Assembly (NCBI GenBank): GCA_000513055.1
Contig: AZYB01000001.1
Location: 4,715 to 68,714 of the forward strand
Direction: 5' to 3'
Source: an alpha proteobacterium SCGC AAA288-N07
GTDB lineage: Bacteria; Pseudomonadota; Alphaproteobacteria; Pelagibacterales; Pelagibacteraceae
DNA length: 64,000 nucleotides
Shown piece by piece: positions 28,094 to 38,290 of the stretch (its first letter is position 1; every line of letters starts with the position of its first letter). The position numbers and the translations under genes were made by a program. Below the pieces are notes generated by a model. It ran no database searches. It was not told the DNA's origin and saw only the letters and a list, made by a program, of their open reading frames with translations.

Positions 28094-28989
28094 TGCATTT
28101 CGTTAAAAAAACAGTAAAAGAAAAAAGAGATGATTTTGATAATAAATTATCAAGTAAAAAAATTCTCAGAATTCCTGGTGCCTATAACCCTCTAACAGCA
28201 AAAATAATTGAAGAAATTGGTTATGATGGGGTCTATGTTTCTGGAGGCGTTATGTCAAATGATCTTGGTTACCCGGATATTGGCCTGACTACACTCAAAG
28301 AAGTAGGTTACAGATCTAATCAAATAGCTAGGGTAACCAATTTACCAACCATTGTTGATGTAGATACTGGATATAATTCCTGCGAAGAGACTGTTAACAC
28401 TTTTGAAAGATTAGGATTATCAGGGATTCATATTGAAGATCAGATCAGTCAAAAAAGATGTGGGCATTTAGATAATAAAGAATTGATATCAAAAGAAGAA
28501 ATGGTAAAGAAAATTAAATTATCAGTTAAATCAAGAAAAGAAAAAAATTTTAAAATAATTGCTAGAACGGACGCAAATAGTGTTGAAGGTATTGATAAGA
28601 TGATTGACAGAGCTAAATCTTATCAAGACGCTGGTGCAGATATTATATTTCCTGAAGCATTAAAAGATGAAAAAGAATTTGAAAAAGTAAGAAAAAATTT
28701 GGACGTATATTTATTAGCAAATATGACTGAATTTGGCAAAACAAAAATTCTTTCGTACAAACAACTAGAAGATTTTGGATATAATATTGTTATATATCCA
28801 ATAACTACACAAAGACTTGCAATGAAAAGTGTCGAGGATGGATTAAGAAATATTTTTGAGTATGGACATCAAAATAATATTATTGATAAAATGCAGACAA
28901 GAAAAAGATTATATGAATTGGTTGAATATGAAAAATATAATTCTTTAGATGAAAAAATTTATAATTTTAGTACTGAAGGACATGAATAA
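28093..28989 (+). CDS. prpB: methylisocitrate lyase
   Basis: 298 aa. PEP-mutase/isocitrate-lyase superfamily with the active-site loop QKRCGH and IHIEDQ. Confidence 0.9.
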   Translation: MHFVKKTVKEKRDDFDNKLSSKKILRIPGAYNPLTAKIIEEIGYDGVYVSGGVMSNDLGYPDIGLTTLKEVGYRSNQIARVTNLPTIVDVDTGYNSCEETVNTFERLGLSGIHIEDQISQKRCGHLDNKELISKEEMVKKIKLSVKSRKEKNFKIIARTDANSVEGIDKMIDRAKSYQDAGADIIFPEALKDEKEFEKVRKNLDVYLLANMTEFGKTKILSYKQLEDFGYNIVIYPITTQRLAMKSVEDGLRNIFEYGHQNNIIDKMQTRKRLYELVEYEKYNSLDEKIYNFSTEGHE

Positions 28990-28992
28990 ATT

Positions 28993-30117
28993 ATGACTGA
29001 CGAAATTAAAAAAGGTTTATTGGGTATAGTAGTTGATGAGACTACAGTTTCACAAGTAATGCCCGAAATTAATTCTCTTACTTATAGAGGCTATGCTGTT
29101 CAAGATTTGTGTGAAAAGTGTAGTTTTGAAGAAGTTGCTTATCTAATTCTTAATGGAAATCTCCCCAATAGTATTCAACTTAATAAATTCATGAAAGAAG
29201 AAAGAACAAATAGAAATATCACTATAAATCTTAGAGAAATAATCACGCACGTTCCAAAAAAGGCTCATCCGATGGATGTTGTAAGAACTGTTGTTAGTGT
29301 TATGGGACTAGAAGACAAAGAAACAGTAGATAATTCTCCAGAGGCAAATATGAGAAAAGCAATGAGAATTTTAGCTAAAACACCAACCGCATTAGCAGCT
29401 TTTTTTAGAGCCAGAAAAGGTAAAAAGATAATAAAGCCTAAAAATAAATTATCATTTTCTGAAAACTTTTTTTATATGTGTTTTGGTAAAGTTCCTCAAA
29501 AAGAAATAGTAAAAGCTTTTGACGTTTCTTTAATCTTATATGCTGAACATAGTTTTAATGTTTCTACATTTACAGCGAGAACTATTACAAGCAGTTTATC
29601 AGATATCCATGGAGCCATAACGGGAGCTATTGCTAGTTTAAAAGGTCCTTTACATGGTGGAGCAAACGAAGAAGTAATGAATATGATAAAAAAAATTAAG
29701 ACACCAAATAAAGCAAAAAATTGGTTAATAGATACCTTAAATAAAAAGCAGGTAGTCATGGGTTTTGGTCATAGAGTTTATAAAAGTGGAGACTCAAGAG
29801 TTCCGAGTATGAAAAAATATTTTTTAAAAGTTGCTAAAATTAAAAAAGATAAAAAATTACATAAAATTTACGATATCTTAGAAAAAGAAATGATAGAAAG
29901 AAAAAATATTTACCCTAATCTAGACTTTCCAACTGGGCCTACTTATCACTTAATGGGTTTTGATACAGATTTTTTTACGCCTATATTTGTTATTTCAAGA
30001 ATTACTGGTTGGTCAGCACACATTATGGAACAGTATGCTTCGAACAAACTAATTAGGCCTCTTTCTAAATACAAAGGTAGTAAGCACAGAAAAGTAATGC
30101 TTTTAAATAATAGATAA
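28993..30117 (+). CDS. prpC: 2-methylcitrate synthase / citrate synthase family
   Basis: 374 aa. Citrate synthase signatures (GPLHGGANE, GFGHRVYK). Operon context with prpD and prpB. Confidence 0.85.
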   Translation: MTDEIKKGLLGIVVDETTVSQVMPEINSLTYRGYAVQDLCEKCSFEEVAYLILNGNLPNSIQLNKFMKEERTNRNITINLREIITHVPKKAHPMDVVRTVVSVMGLEDKETVDNSPEANMRKAMRILAKTPTALAAFFRARKGKKIIKPKNKLSFSENFFYMCFGKVPQKEIVKAFDVSLILYAEHSFNVSTFTARTITSSLSDIHGAITGAIASLKGPLHGGANEEVMNMIKKIKTPNKAKNWLIDTLNKKQVVMGFGHRVYKSGDSRVPSMKKYFLKVAKIKKDKKLHKIYDILEKEMIERKNIYPNLDFPTGPTYHLMGFDTDFFTPIFVISRITGWSAHIMEQYASNKLIRPLSKYKGSKHRKVMLLNNR

Positions 30118-30127
30118 TTTTTGTTAA

Positions 30128-31141
30128 TTAAGAGAAAGCTTCGACCCAAGAACCTTTTGTGGAAGCTTTTGAATACTCGGTAGCTCTTCCTTCAAAAAAA
30201 TTCATATGTTCAACTGCATTGAGCATTGTATCAAGCCAAGGGAGAGGATTTTTTTTTACATTATAAATTGGTTTTAATCCTAGTTGCACTAACCTTCTAT
30301 TTCCAATCCATCTAATATATTGCTTAATTTCTTTAGGTGTAAGTCCATTTATAGGTCCCATTTCAAAAGCTAAATCAATAAATGCATCCTCATGAGATAT
30401 AATTGTACGACAAGCTTCGTAGATTTCTTTTTTTAATTTGTCATTCCAAATTTCTGGGTTTTCTTTAACAAATTCACTAAATAATCTTATCATTGAGTTA
30501 CAATGTAAAGTTTCATCTCTTGCTGACCAAGTAACAATTTGACCCATTCCTTTCATTTTATTTTGTCTTGGAAAGTTGAGTAAAATTGCAAAGCTTGCAA
30601 ATAACTGTAGACCTTCAGTAAATGCGCTGAATACAGCAATTGTTTTTGCAATATCTTGGTTTGAATTGATATTGAAGCTTTGCATATAATCATATTTGTC
30701 TTTCATTTGTTTATATTTTAAAAATGCAGAATACTCAGATTCTGGCATACCTATGGTATCCAATAAATGTGAGTAGGCAGCTATATGCACCGTTTCCATA
30801 GATGCAAAAGCTGACATCATCATTAGAACTTCTGTGGGTTTAAAAACATTCATGTAATGTCTAATATAACAATTGTTAACTTCCACATCTGCTTGGGTAA
30901 AAAATCTAAAAATTTGTGTTAATAAATTTTTTTCTGATTGATTTAAATTTTTTTGCCAATCTCTAACATCATCACCCAAAGGAACCTCCTCTGGTAACCA
31001 ATGTATACGTTGTTGAGTCAACCAAGCATCATAACACCAAGGATACCTGAATGGTTTGTAAACAGGATTTCCAACAAGTAGTCCTTTTTTATTAGGTATT
31101 ACTGTTTCTTTTGATAATTTTGCTACTGACATGATAAACAA
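30128..31141 (-). CDS. nrdB: class I ribonucleotide reductase beta subunit
   Basis: 337 aa. Di-metal and radical motifs ExxHxxxY (METVHIAAY) and RDETLH. Overlaps the nrdA 3' end by 19 nt (10 nt if the Met at 31132 is used). Confidence 0.9.
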   Translation of the reverse strand: MFIMSVAKLSKETVIPNKKGLLVGNPVYKPFRYPWCYDAWLTQQRIHWLPEEVPLGDDVRDWQKNLNQSEKNLLTQIFRFFTQADVEVNNCYIRHYMNVFKPTEVLMMMSAFASMETVHIAAYSHLLDTIGMPESEYSAFLKYKQMKDKYDYMQSFNINSNQDIAKTIAVFSAFTEGLQLFASFAILLNFPRQNKMKGMGQIVTWSARDETLHCNSMIRLFSEFVKENPEIWNDKLKKEIYEACRTIISHEDAFIDLAFEMGPINGLTPKEIKQYIRWIGNRRLVQLGLKPIYNVKKNPLPWLDTMLNAVEHMNFFEGRATEYSKASTKGSWVEAFS

Positions 31142-33021
31142 TCTTCATATTCTGTTTCTTCAACTGCAAAATTTTCAGTATTTACATTTTCTGCTCTTTG
31201 AATTGATTTAGATCTACAATAATAAAGGCTTTTTAATCCTTTTTTCCATGCTTGAAAATGTATTTGATGAAGTTCTTTTTTATGAACATCCGCTGGTAAG
31301 AAAATATTAATGGACTGAGCTTGAGAAATATATGAAGTCCGATCAGCCCCTAATTCAACGATCCATTTTTGATCTAATTCAAAAGCTGTTTTAAACACAT
31401 CTTTCTCAAGATCGGTTAAAAAGTATAAATGTGACACTGAACCTTGATTAGTAGTAATGCTAGACCAAATTTCTTCATTATTTTTTTTATATTTTTCTAA
31501 TATTTTTTCTAAATATTTGTTTCTTACGTTGTAAGAACCAGAAAGAGTTTTATGCGTATAGCTGTTGGCAGCAATTGGTTCAATTCCCGGCGAAGCTCCT
31601 CCACAAATTATTGAAATTGAAGCAGTTGGTGCAATCGATGTTTTATTAGAAAATCTTTCATTAAAACCATATTCAGCTGCATCAGGGCATGGGCCTTTTT
31701 CTTCAGCAAGAATCTTCGATGCTTCATTAACTCTTTCTTGAATATTTTTAAATATCTTGTTGTTCCAAATTTTACTCATCACTGATTCAAATGGAATCAT
31801 TTTTTTTTGAAAATATGAATGCAAACCCATCACTCCAAGACCTACACTTCTCTCTCTCATAGCTGAATATTTAGCATTTTTAAATGTTTCAGGAGCCTTT
31901 TCAATAAAATCAGTGAGAACATTATCCAAAAATCTCATCACATCCTCAACAAAACCTTTATTATCTTTCCATTCATCATATTTTTCCAGATTGAGCGAGG
32001 ACAAACAACAAACAGCTGTTCTTTCTTCTCCATCTTTGTCAATTCCTGTTGGCAAAGTAATCTCACTACATAAGTTTGAGGTTTTTACATTCAATCCAGC
32101 AAGCTTATGATGTTGTGGTATCAACCTATTAACTGTATCTATAAAAATAATATAAGGTTCTCCTGTTTCAACTCTTGCAGTTAACAATCTTATCCATAAA
32201 TTTCTTGCAGAAACAGTTGACTGGGCAATTCCATCTTTTGGACTTTTTAAAGTCCACTGGTCATCAGTTTCTACTGCACGCATAAAAGCATCGCTCACCA
32301 AAACTCCATGATGTAAATTTAGTGATTTTCTATTTGGATCACCCCCGGTTGGTCTCCTCATTTCAATAAACTCTTCAATTTCTGGATGTTCAATTGGCAA
32401 GTAACATGCTGCAGAGCCTCTCCTTAAAGATCCTTGGCTTATTGCCATTGTTAGAGAATCCATTACTTTTATAAATGGAATAATTCCAGAAGTTTTACCA
32501 ACTTTCCCAATTTTTTCTCCAATAGATCTTAGATTGCCCCAATAACTACCTATACCACCACCTTTAGCTGCCAACCAAACATTTTCATTCCATAAATCTA
32601 GAATTCCATCTAAACTATCACTTGCTTCATTTAAAAAACAAGAAATGGGCAAACCTCTTTTTGTGCCGCCGTTTGATAAAATTGGAGTTGCTGGCATAAA
32701 CCATAAATCACTTATGTAGTTATAAATTCTCTGTCCATGTAAATTGTTATCAGCATATGTACTTGCGACTCTTGCAAATAAATCTTGAAAGGATTCGTTA
32801 AATCCTAAGTACCTATCGCTTAAAGTTGCTTTACCAAAATTAGTTAAATTACTATCTTTAGATCTATCTATTTTTACAGTGATACCCTTATTATTTTGAA
32901 ATAACTCTGTTTCCTGATTTAGTGAAAAAAGATCAGGTCTTTTATCAAGATCCTTAATTTTATGTTCTGATGGAAAATTGCGGACAGCTTCCTCTATTGC
33001 CAAAGACAGGTTTTTATTCAT
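31123..33021 (-). CDS. nrdA: class I ribonucleotide reductase alpha subunit (short form, no ATP-cone seen)
   Basis: 632 aa. Catalytic core motifs (LPISCFL, NLCSEI) and a C-terminal redox pair CLSC. The N-terminus lacks the V.KRDG-type ATP-cone pattern. Confidence 0.9.
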   Translation of the reverse strand: MNKNLSLAIEEAVRNFPSEHKIKDLDKRPDLFSLNQETELFQNNKGITVKIDRSKDSNLTNFGKATLSDRYLGFNESFQDLFARVASTYADNNLHGQRIYNYISDLWFMPATPILSNGGTKRGLPISCFLNEASDSLDGILDLWNENVWLAAKGGGIGSYWGNLRSIGEKIGKVGKTSGIIPFIKVMDSLTMAISQGSLRRGSAACYLPIEHPEIEEFIEMRRPTGGDPNRKSLNLHHGVLVSDAFMRAVETDDQWTLKSPKDGIAQSTVSARNLWIRLLTARVETGEPYIIFIDTVNRLIPQHHKLAGLNVKTSNLCSEITLPTGIDKDGEERTAVCCLSSLNLEKYDEWKDNKGFVEDVMRFLDNVLTDFIEKAPETFKNAKYSAMRERSVGLGVMGLHSYFQKKMIPFESVMSKIWNNKIFKNIQERVNEASKILAEEKGPCPDAAEYGFNERFSNKTSIAPTASISIICGGASPGIEPIAANSYTHKTLSGSYNVRNKYLEKILEKYKKNNEEIWSSITTNQGSVSHLYFLTDLEKDVFKTAFELDQKWIVELGADRTSYISQAQSINIFLPADVHKKELHQIHFQAWKKGLKSLYYCRSKSIQRAENVNTENFAVEETEYEDCLSCQ

Positions 33022-33192
33022 AAAATAACAATATTGTTAAGATTTTATGTAAAATCAACTATATGTTGTATGTATATTAACTTAATATACTATATAAATT
33101 ACTAAATCAATAGAACATTAGTAGAACATTAATAAAAAAAAATCAAGAAAAAAATTTACTGTAAAACTTATATAAATATTACATAAATAAAA

Positions 33193-34653
33193 ATGAACAA
33201 GCCAGAACTTATCCACATAGAGCCCTTGGGGTTTAGAGAATATGATGCAAGATGGATCTACCCCAAAGATATAAATGCAGAAGGAATTGCAAGTGTCGGT
33301 AGAGGATTAGGTACACAAATAAAAAATAAAACCAAAAAAAAAAACCCAAGAGTAGTAGTGGGTCATGACTACAGATCATATAGCGAAGAGGTTAAAAAAA
33401 AATTAATCGAAGGATTAATGTCTACAGGATGCAATGTAGAAGATATAGGTCTGTCTTTATCTCCTATGACATATTTTTCACAATTTAAGTTAAATGCAGA
33501 TTCAATTGCAATGGTCACAGCGAGCCATAATGAGAATGGATGGACAGGGATAAAAATGGGGATTGATAAAGGACTAACTCACTCTTCAGAAGAAATGAAA
33601 GATTTAAAAGAAATAGTTTTAAATAATAATTTCATTGAAGGCAAAGGTTCCTATAAAAAAATTAATAATTTTAAAGAAACTTATATACAATATTTATCAA
33701 AGGAAAAAATTAAAAATAAAATTAAAGTAGTTGTAGCCTGTGGAAATGGAACTGCTGGAATTTTTGCGCCAAAGATAATAAAAAATGTTGGTTGTGAAGT
33801 AATTGAACTTGATTGCAATCTTGATTATAATTTCCCAAAATACAATCCTAATCCGGAAGATTTAAAAATGCTGCGTGCTTTAAGTGATTGTGTTAAAAAA
33901 AATCGAGCTGATATAGGTTTTGCTTTTGATGGAGATGGAGATAGAGTCGGAGTGGTAGATGAAAAAGGCAACGAAATATTTGCTGATAAAATTGGACTCC
34001 TTATTGCAAGAAATTTATCTTATAAACATAAAAATTCTAAATTTGTTGTAGATGTTAAATCTACGGGTTTATTTAAAACTGACGAAATACTGAAAAAAAA
34101 CTCTTGCAAAACAGTTTATTGGAAAACGGGACATTCATATATTAAGAGAAAAGTAAGCGAAGAAAATTCTCTAGCTGGATTTGAAAAAAGTGGACATTTT
34201 TTTTTCAATAAGCCTTTGGGACTGGGCTATGATGACGGAATACTATCTGCTCTTCAAGTATGTAAATTACTCGATAACAACCCATCAATAAAAATGTCAA
34301 ACTTATTAGACCAACTGCCTAAAACTTATCAGAGCCCTACCATGGCACCTTATTGTAGTGATGAAGAAAAATACAAAGTTGTAGATATTGTGACAAAAAA
34401 GTTCAAGGATTTATTTGAAAAAAAAACAAAAATTACAGATAAATTTATAAGTGAAATTTTAACAGTTAATGGGGTTAGATTTACTTTAGAAGACGGTTCC
34501 TGGGGACTCATCAGAGCTTCTTCAAACAAACCTTCATTGGTAGTAGTAACAGAAAGTGTTCGCTCAACCGCTGAAATGAAGGCAATATTTGTTTTTATTG
34601 ATAATATACTAAAGACAACTGGAAAAATTGGTGAGTACGATCAAAAAATTTAA
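33193..34653 (+). CDS. alpha-D-phosphohexomutase (phosphomannomutase/phosphoglucomutase family)
   Basis: 486 aa. Catalytic serine loop TASHNENGWTG, Mg loop FAFDGDGDRVG, sugar loop GFEKSGH. Confidence 0.85.
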   Translation: MNKPELIHIEPLGFREYDARWIYPKDINAEGIASVGRGLGTQIKNKTKKKNPRVVVGHDYRSYSEEVKKKLIEGLMSTGCNVEDIGLSLSPMTYFSQFKLNADSIAMVTASHNENGWTGIKMGIDKGLTHSSEEMKDLKEIVLNNNFIEGKGSYKKINNFKETYIQYLSKEKIKNKIKVVVACGNGTAGIFAPKIIKNVGCEVIELDCNLDYNFPKYNPNPEDLKMLRALSDCVKKNRADIGFAFDGDGDRVGVVDEKGNEIFADKIGLLIARNLSYKHKNSKFVVDVKSTGLFKTDEILKKNSCKTVYWKTGHSYIKRKVSEENSLAGFEKSGHFFFNKPLGLGYDDGILSALQVCKLLDNNPSIKMSNLLDQLPKTYQSPTMAPYCSDEEKYKVVDIVTKKFKDLFEKKTKITDKFISEILTVNGVRFTLEDGSWGLIRASSNKPSLVVVTESVRSTAEMKAIFVFIDNILKTTGKIGEYDQKI

Positions 34654-35483
34654 AAAGAAAAATATTCATAAAATAATTTAAAAGATACGATAAAAAGATA
34701 AATACCAAACAACTTTCCAATAAGTCTTTTGTCAAATTTATGAACTGTTTTAGCTCCTATCTTGGCCATAAACATTGTAATCGGTACAAAAATTAAAAAT
34801 GTTGGTATATTTACAAATCCTAAGCTCAATGGAACATTGATATTAAGGTAACTTCCTGAAACTGCAAAACCTATAGCTCCGATTAAAGCAATTAAGAACC
34901 CGACAGCTGCTGAACAGCCAATAGCTACTTTAATTGGATAGCCAAACATTTTTAATACTGGGGTATTAATTACACCTCCCGCAATCCCCATTGGAGCTGA
35001 TAAAAAACCTGACAAAAAGCCACAAATAACTCTATAAATTAATTTTATTTTTATGGGTTTAGGATTAATTTTTTCTTTTGAAGTCAAAAAATAGAGAGAG
35101 AAAAGCATGGTCATAATTGAAAAAAATAAAACTAAACTAGAAGTCTTTAAACTGACAGCAAATACCGTACCAAACACAACTCCAATTGCAACAAATGCCC
35201 CGAAAGTTTTAACAATGCCAAAATCGACAGCCTTAAATTTCATGTGTGTCATTGTTGATATTATTGATGTTGGAATTATAATTGAAAAAGATGTTCCTAA
35301 GGCCAGATGCATAATAATAGCTTGTTCTATGCCGGCAAAACCAAATATATAAAAAAGAATAGGAACCATTATTAAGCCACCACCTATTCCAAAAAAACCA
35401 GCCATAAAACCAGCAACAACAGCCGATGTAGTCATTACAGTTAAAATAAATATTATTTGATTTTGATCTAAGCTTTCTAACAA
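34650..35483 (-). CDS. TauE/SafE (TSUP) family anion exporter
   Basis: 277 aa with 7-8 hydrophobic helices and duplicated GIGGG-type motifs (GFFGIGGGLIMVP / PMGIAGGVINTP). Confidence 0.7.
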   Translation of the reverse strand: MLESLDQNQIIFILTVMTTSAVVAGFMAGFFGIGGGLIMVPILFYIFGFAGIEQAIIMHLALGTSFSIIIPTSIISTMTHMKFKAVDFGIVKTFGAFVAIGVVFGTVFAVSLKTSSLVLFFSIMTMLFSLYFLTSKEKINPKPIKIKLIYRVICGFLSGFLSAPMGIAGGVINTPVLKMFGYPIKVAIGCSAAVGFLIALIGAIGFAVSGSYLNINVPLSLGFVNIPTFLIFVPITMFMAKIGAKTVHKFDKRLIGKLFGIYLFIVSFKLFYEYFSF

Positions 35484-35484
35484 C

Positions 35485-36471
35485 TTATCTACCTAGAGAA
35501 GTAGTCTTGCTATTACTTTTAATGTGATCCATGATGTGATTGACTTTCTGTAAATCAGCTTCTCTTATACACATGTTTTTACTTAAATATCTTTTCCAAT
35601 GAGCCGAACCTTTTTGACCATGGAACAAACCGATTGTATGTCTCATTATTTGATTTAACCTAGTACCTCTTCCCATTTCTTCTTTAATGTAAGGAATCAT
35701 TTTTTCCATAACTTCAGTTCTTGATAGTATATTATGATTATTAAAAATTTCTTTTTCAACTTCTGCTAAAAAATATGGGGAATGGTAGGCTGCTCTGCCA
35801 ATCATTACTCCATCTACTTTTTTTAAATGAGATTGAATTTTATTTACAGAGTCTATCCCTCCATTTACAATAATGACATTATTAGGAAAATCTTTTTTGA
35901 TATTATAAACAAAATTATAGTTTAAAGGAGGTATATTTAGGTTTTGCTTAGGTGTTAATTTATTTAATATAGCTCTCCTAGCATGAATAATAAAAGTTTT
36001 TGTTCCAGCATTTTTTATTATTGTGATAAATTTTTTTAAAAATTCATAATCTTCTACGTCATTAATTCCAATTCTTGTTTTTACCGTAACTGGTAAAATA
36101 GTAGCGTTTGTCATTTCATTAACGCATTCTCCAACTAAATTTGGTTCTTTCATTAAACACGCACCAAACTTATTTTTTTGAACTTTTTTACTAGGACATC
36201 CTAAATTTAGATTAATTTCATCATAACCAAAATCTTCTCCTATTTTTGCAGCTTCAGCTAAAATTTTTGGTGAAGATCCTCCAGTCTGAAGAGCTAGAGG
36301 TTTTTCTTTAATATTAAATTCTAGCAATTTTTTTTTATCACCATTTTTAATTGCTTCTGATACAATCATGTCCGTATACAAAATAACATTCTTGCTAATC
36401 AACCTTAAAAAATATCTATCATGACGATCTGTGCAATCCATCATTGGTGCCACGGAAACTTTTTTATTCAT
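35485..36471 (-). CDS. dusA: tRNA-dihydrouridine synthase A
   Basis: 328 aa. N-terminal VAPMMDCTDRHDRYFLR and NLGCP motifs characteristic of DusA. Confidence 0.9.
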   Translation of the reverse strand: MNKKVSVAPMMDCTDRHDRYFLRLISKNVILYTDMIVSEAIKNGDKKKLLEFNIKEKPLALQTGGSSPKILAEAAKIGEDFGYDEINLNLGCPSKKVQKNKFGACLMKEPNLVGECVNEMTNATILPVTVKTRIGINDVEDYEFLKKFITIIKNAGTKTFIIHARRAILNKLTPKQNLNIPPLNYNFVYNIKKDFPNNVIIVNGGIDSVNKIQSHLKKVDGVMIGRAAYHSPYFLAEVEKEIFNNHNILSRTEVMEKMIPYIKEEMGRGTRLNQIMRHTIGLFHGQKGSAHWKRYLSKNMCIREADLQKVNHIMDHIKSNSKTTSLGR

Positions 36472-36511
36472 TTTACGGGTATTAAAAAAAAATATTTAAT
36501 TTAATTTTATT

Positions 36512-37012
36512 TTAATTGTTATCAGAAGTCTCTATTGAATCTTCTTCTATTTTTTCTTGATCTTTTAATTCTTCTAATGAAATTTCACTATTTTCTGGTA
36601 AGTTTTTTTCTTCAAGTTTTTTTTTTTGAATTTTATTTACTTTAAAAATTTCTATTTTTTCAGGAATTCTTCTAGCTCTTTTAGATGGTAAAATAGGAAC
36701 CCCGCTTTTTGAAACTTCTCCTTTGTAAATATTTTCAAAATCATCTCCCTCTGATTCATCTTGATCTGAAATACCTGTATCTGGTTTGACATGTTTTCTT
36801 AGCTTATTAATTGCCGATTCCTGTAACTGATCTACAGAAATTTTTTTTTCTGCAATCTCTTTTAATGCAATTACCGTATTTTTATCATTTTCGGGATCAA
36901 CGTTTGGCTTTTCACCAGAATTTAACTGTACAGCTCTTTCTTTAGCAATCAAAACCAAATCGTAAGGACCTTCTACCTTATCAATACAATCTTCAACAGT
37001 TATTCTGGCCAT
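36512..37012 (-). CDS. rpoZ: DNA-directed RNA polymerase omega subunit with a long acidic C-terminal tail
   Basis: 166 aa. N-terminal MARITVEDCIDKV..PYDLVLIAKERAVQL is the RpoZ core. About 90 extra residues are rich in E/D/K/S. Confidence 0.85.
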   Translation of the reverse strand: MARITVEDCIDKVEGPYDLVLIAKERAVQLNSGEKPNVDPENDKNTVIALKEIAEKKISVDQLQESAINKLRKHVKPDTGISDQDESEGDDFENIYKGEVSKSGVPILPSKRARRIPEKIEIFKVNKIQKKKLEEKNLPENSEISLEELKDQEKIEEDSIETSDNN

Positions 37013-37046
37013 AAGTGAGAACTATTATAAAATGTACAATAGAAAA

Positions 37047-38282
37047 TCAAGATTTATTTTTCACTAAAGTTGGTTTGTATGAACTTCGAAAAACCATAAC
37101 AATAACAATTGATATGACAGTATAAATAGCACAGAAAAATGCAATATTTTCAATGGAATAACCTAAATCAATCAAAACCCCAAATACCACGCTTGCTAAG
37201 GCCGTTGAAAAAACCATTAGTGATCCTGTTAAAGCTTTAATTGATCCTAGATAATTTACACCATAAATTTCTGCCCAAAATGAAGATATTAATACATTTG
37301 TTAATCCGTTTGAAATGCCCATCATCCCCATAAAAATAAAAGCAGAATAAGGTTGATCAAAAACAGCTAGTATAATTACACTTAACAACAAAGGAACATT
37401 TAGTAGCGGAAAAATTTTTCTGCTTGTAAATTTATCAACCAAAAATCCCGATAGGAACAAAGTAATTACTGTGAGTATTGAATAAATCATAAATGATTTG
37501 GCCAACGCAAATCTTCCCCAGTCCTTTGATTCTATAATAAATGTTTGATTTATAACTATGCCTGTAATAATAAATGATGAAGCTAGCAAAGCTGGTAAAG
37601 CTGAATAAAATTTTAGATCTTTTAATACCTCTTTTCTTGTCCAACTTTTAATCAAACTAACATTATTTTTTATATGATCTCCTTTTTCTTTTTCTCTTGA
37701 AAATATGCTTATTTTTTTAATTGTTAGATAAGTAAATATCGGCAAGAATAATAAAATCATAACTGCTAATCCCTGCCACAAATTTCTCCAATATATAAAT
37801 GTTAATAAGTAGACTATTAGCACAGGTAGTAAAAACTCTCCTAATGACATGCCGACCCAAACACAGCTCAATGCTTTACCTCTGCTCTTGTCAAAATATC
37901 TAGCAATAGTAGTTGTTGCGGTATGTGCCATTAACCCTTGGCCGGATAATCTAAGAAAAAAAATTCCAACAATTAAAAAAATTATTCCATTAATAAATGA
38001 AAAAAAAAGAGCTGCAAAGGACAAAAAAATAACTACTAATAGAGAGTAATTGACCAGCTTTAAATCATCAATTTTTTTTCCTAACCAAATTAATGTTAGA
38101 CTACTACATAAAGTAGCTATTCCATAAAGTGTTCCAAATTCCCCATGAGAAATTTTTAATTCCTCTCTAATACTAGAGTTAAATAATCCTATAAAAAAAC
38201 TCTGCCCAAAACTTGAAAAAAAAGTAAAAACAAAGCCAAAAAAAATTATTTTGAAGTTTGTTCTAATAATATCTATAGTCAT
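37047..38282 (-). CDS. MFS transporter
   Basis: 411 aa with about 12 hydrophobic helices and an MFS-like loop between TM2 and TM3 (GKKIDD). Confidence 0.7.
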   Translation of the reverse strand: MTIDIIRTNFKIIFFGFVFTFFSSFGQSFFIGLFNSSIREELKISHGEFGTLYGIATLCSSLTLIWLGKKIDDLKLVNYSLLVVIFLSFAALFFSFINGIIFLIVGIFFLRLSGQGLMAHTATTTIARYFDKSRGKALSCVWVGMSLGEFLLPVLIVYLLTFIYWRNLWQGLAVMILLFLPIFTYLTIKKISIFSREKEKGDHIKNNVSLIKSWTRKEVLKDLKFYSALPALLASSFIITGIVINQTFIIESKDWGRFALAKSFMIYSILTVITLFLSGFLVDKFTSRKIFPLLNVPLLLSVIILAVFDQPYSAFIFMGMMGISNGLTNVLISSFWAEIYGVNYLGSIKALTGSLMVFSTALASVVFGVLIDLGYSIENIAFFCAIYTVISIVIVMVFRSSYKPTLVKNKS

Positions 38283-38290
38283 AATTATTT

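Noticed and set aside
33051-33100. Possible NrdR boxes upstream of nrdA
   Set aside because: Only a short CAAC-n5-GTTG inverted repeat and AT-rich TATA-like strings are present. These are not a convincing pair of 16-bp NrdR palindromes at the usual spacing, and such strings are expected by chance in DNA this AT-rich.
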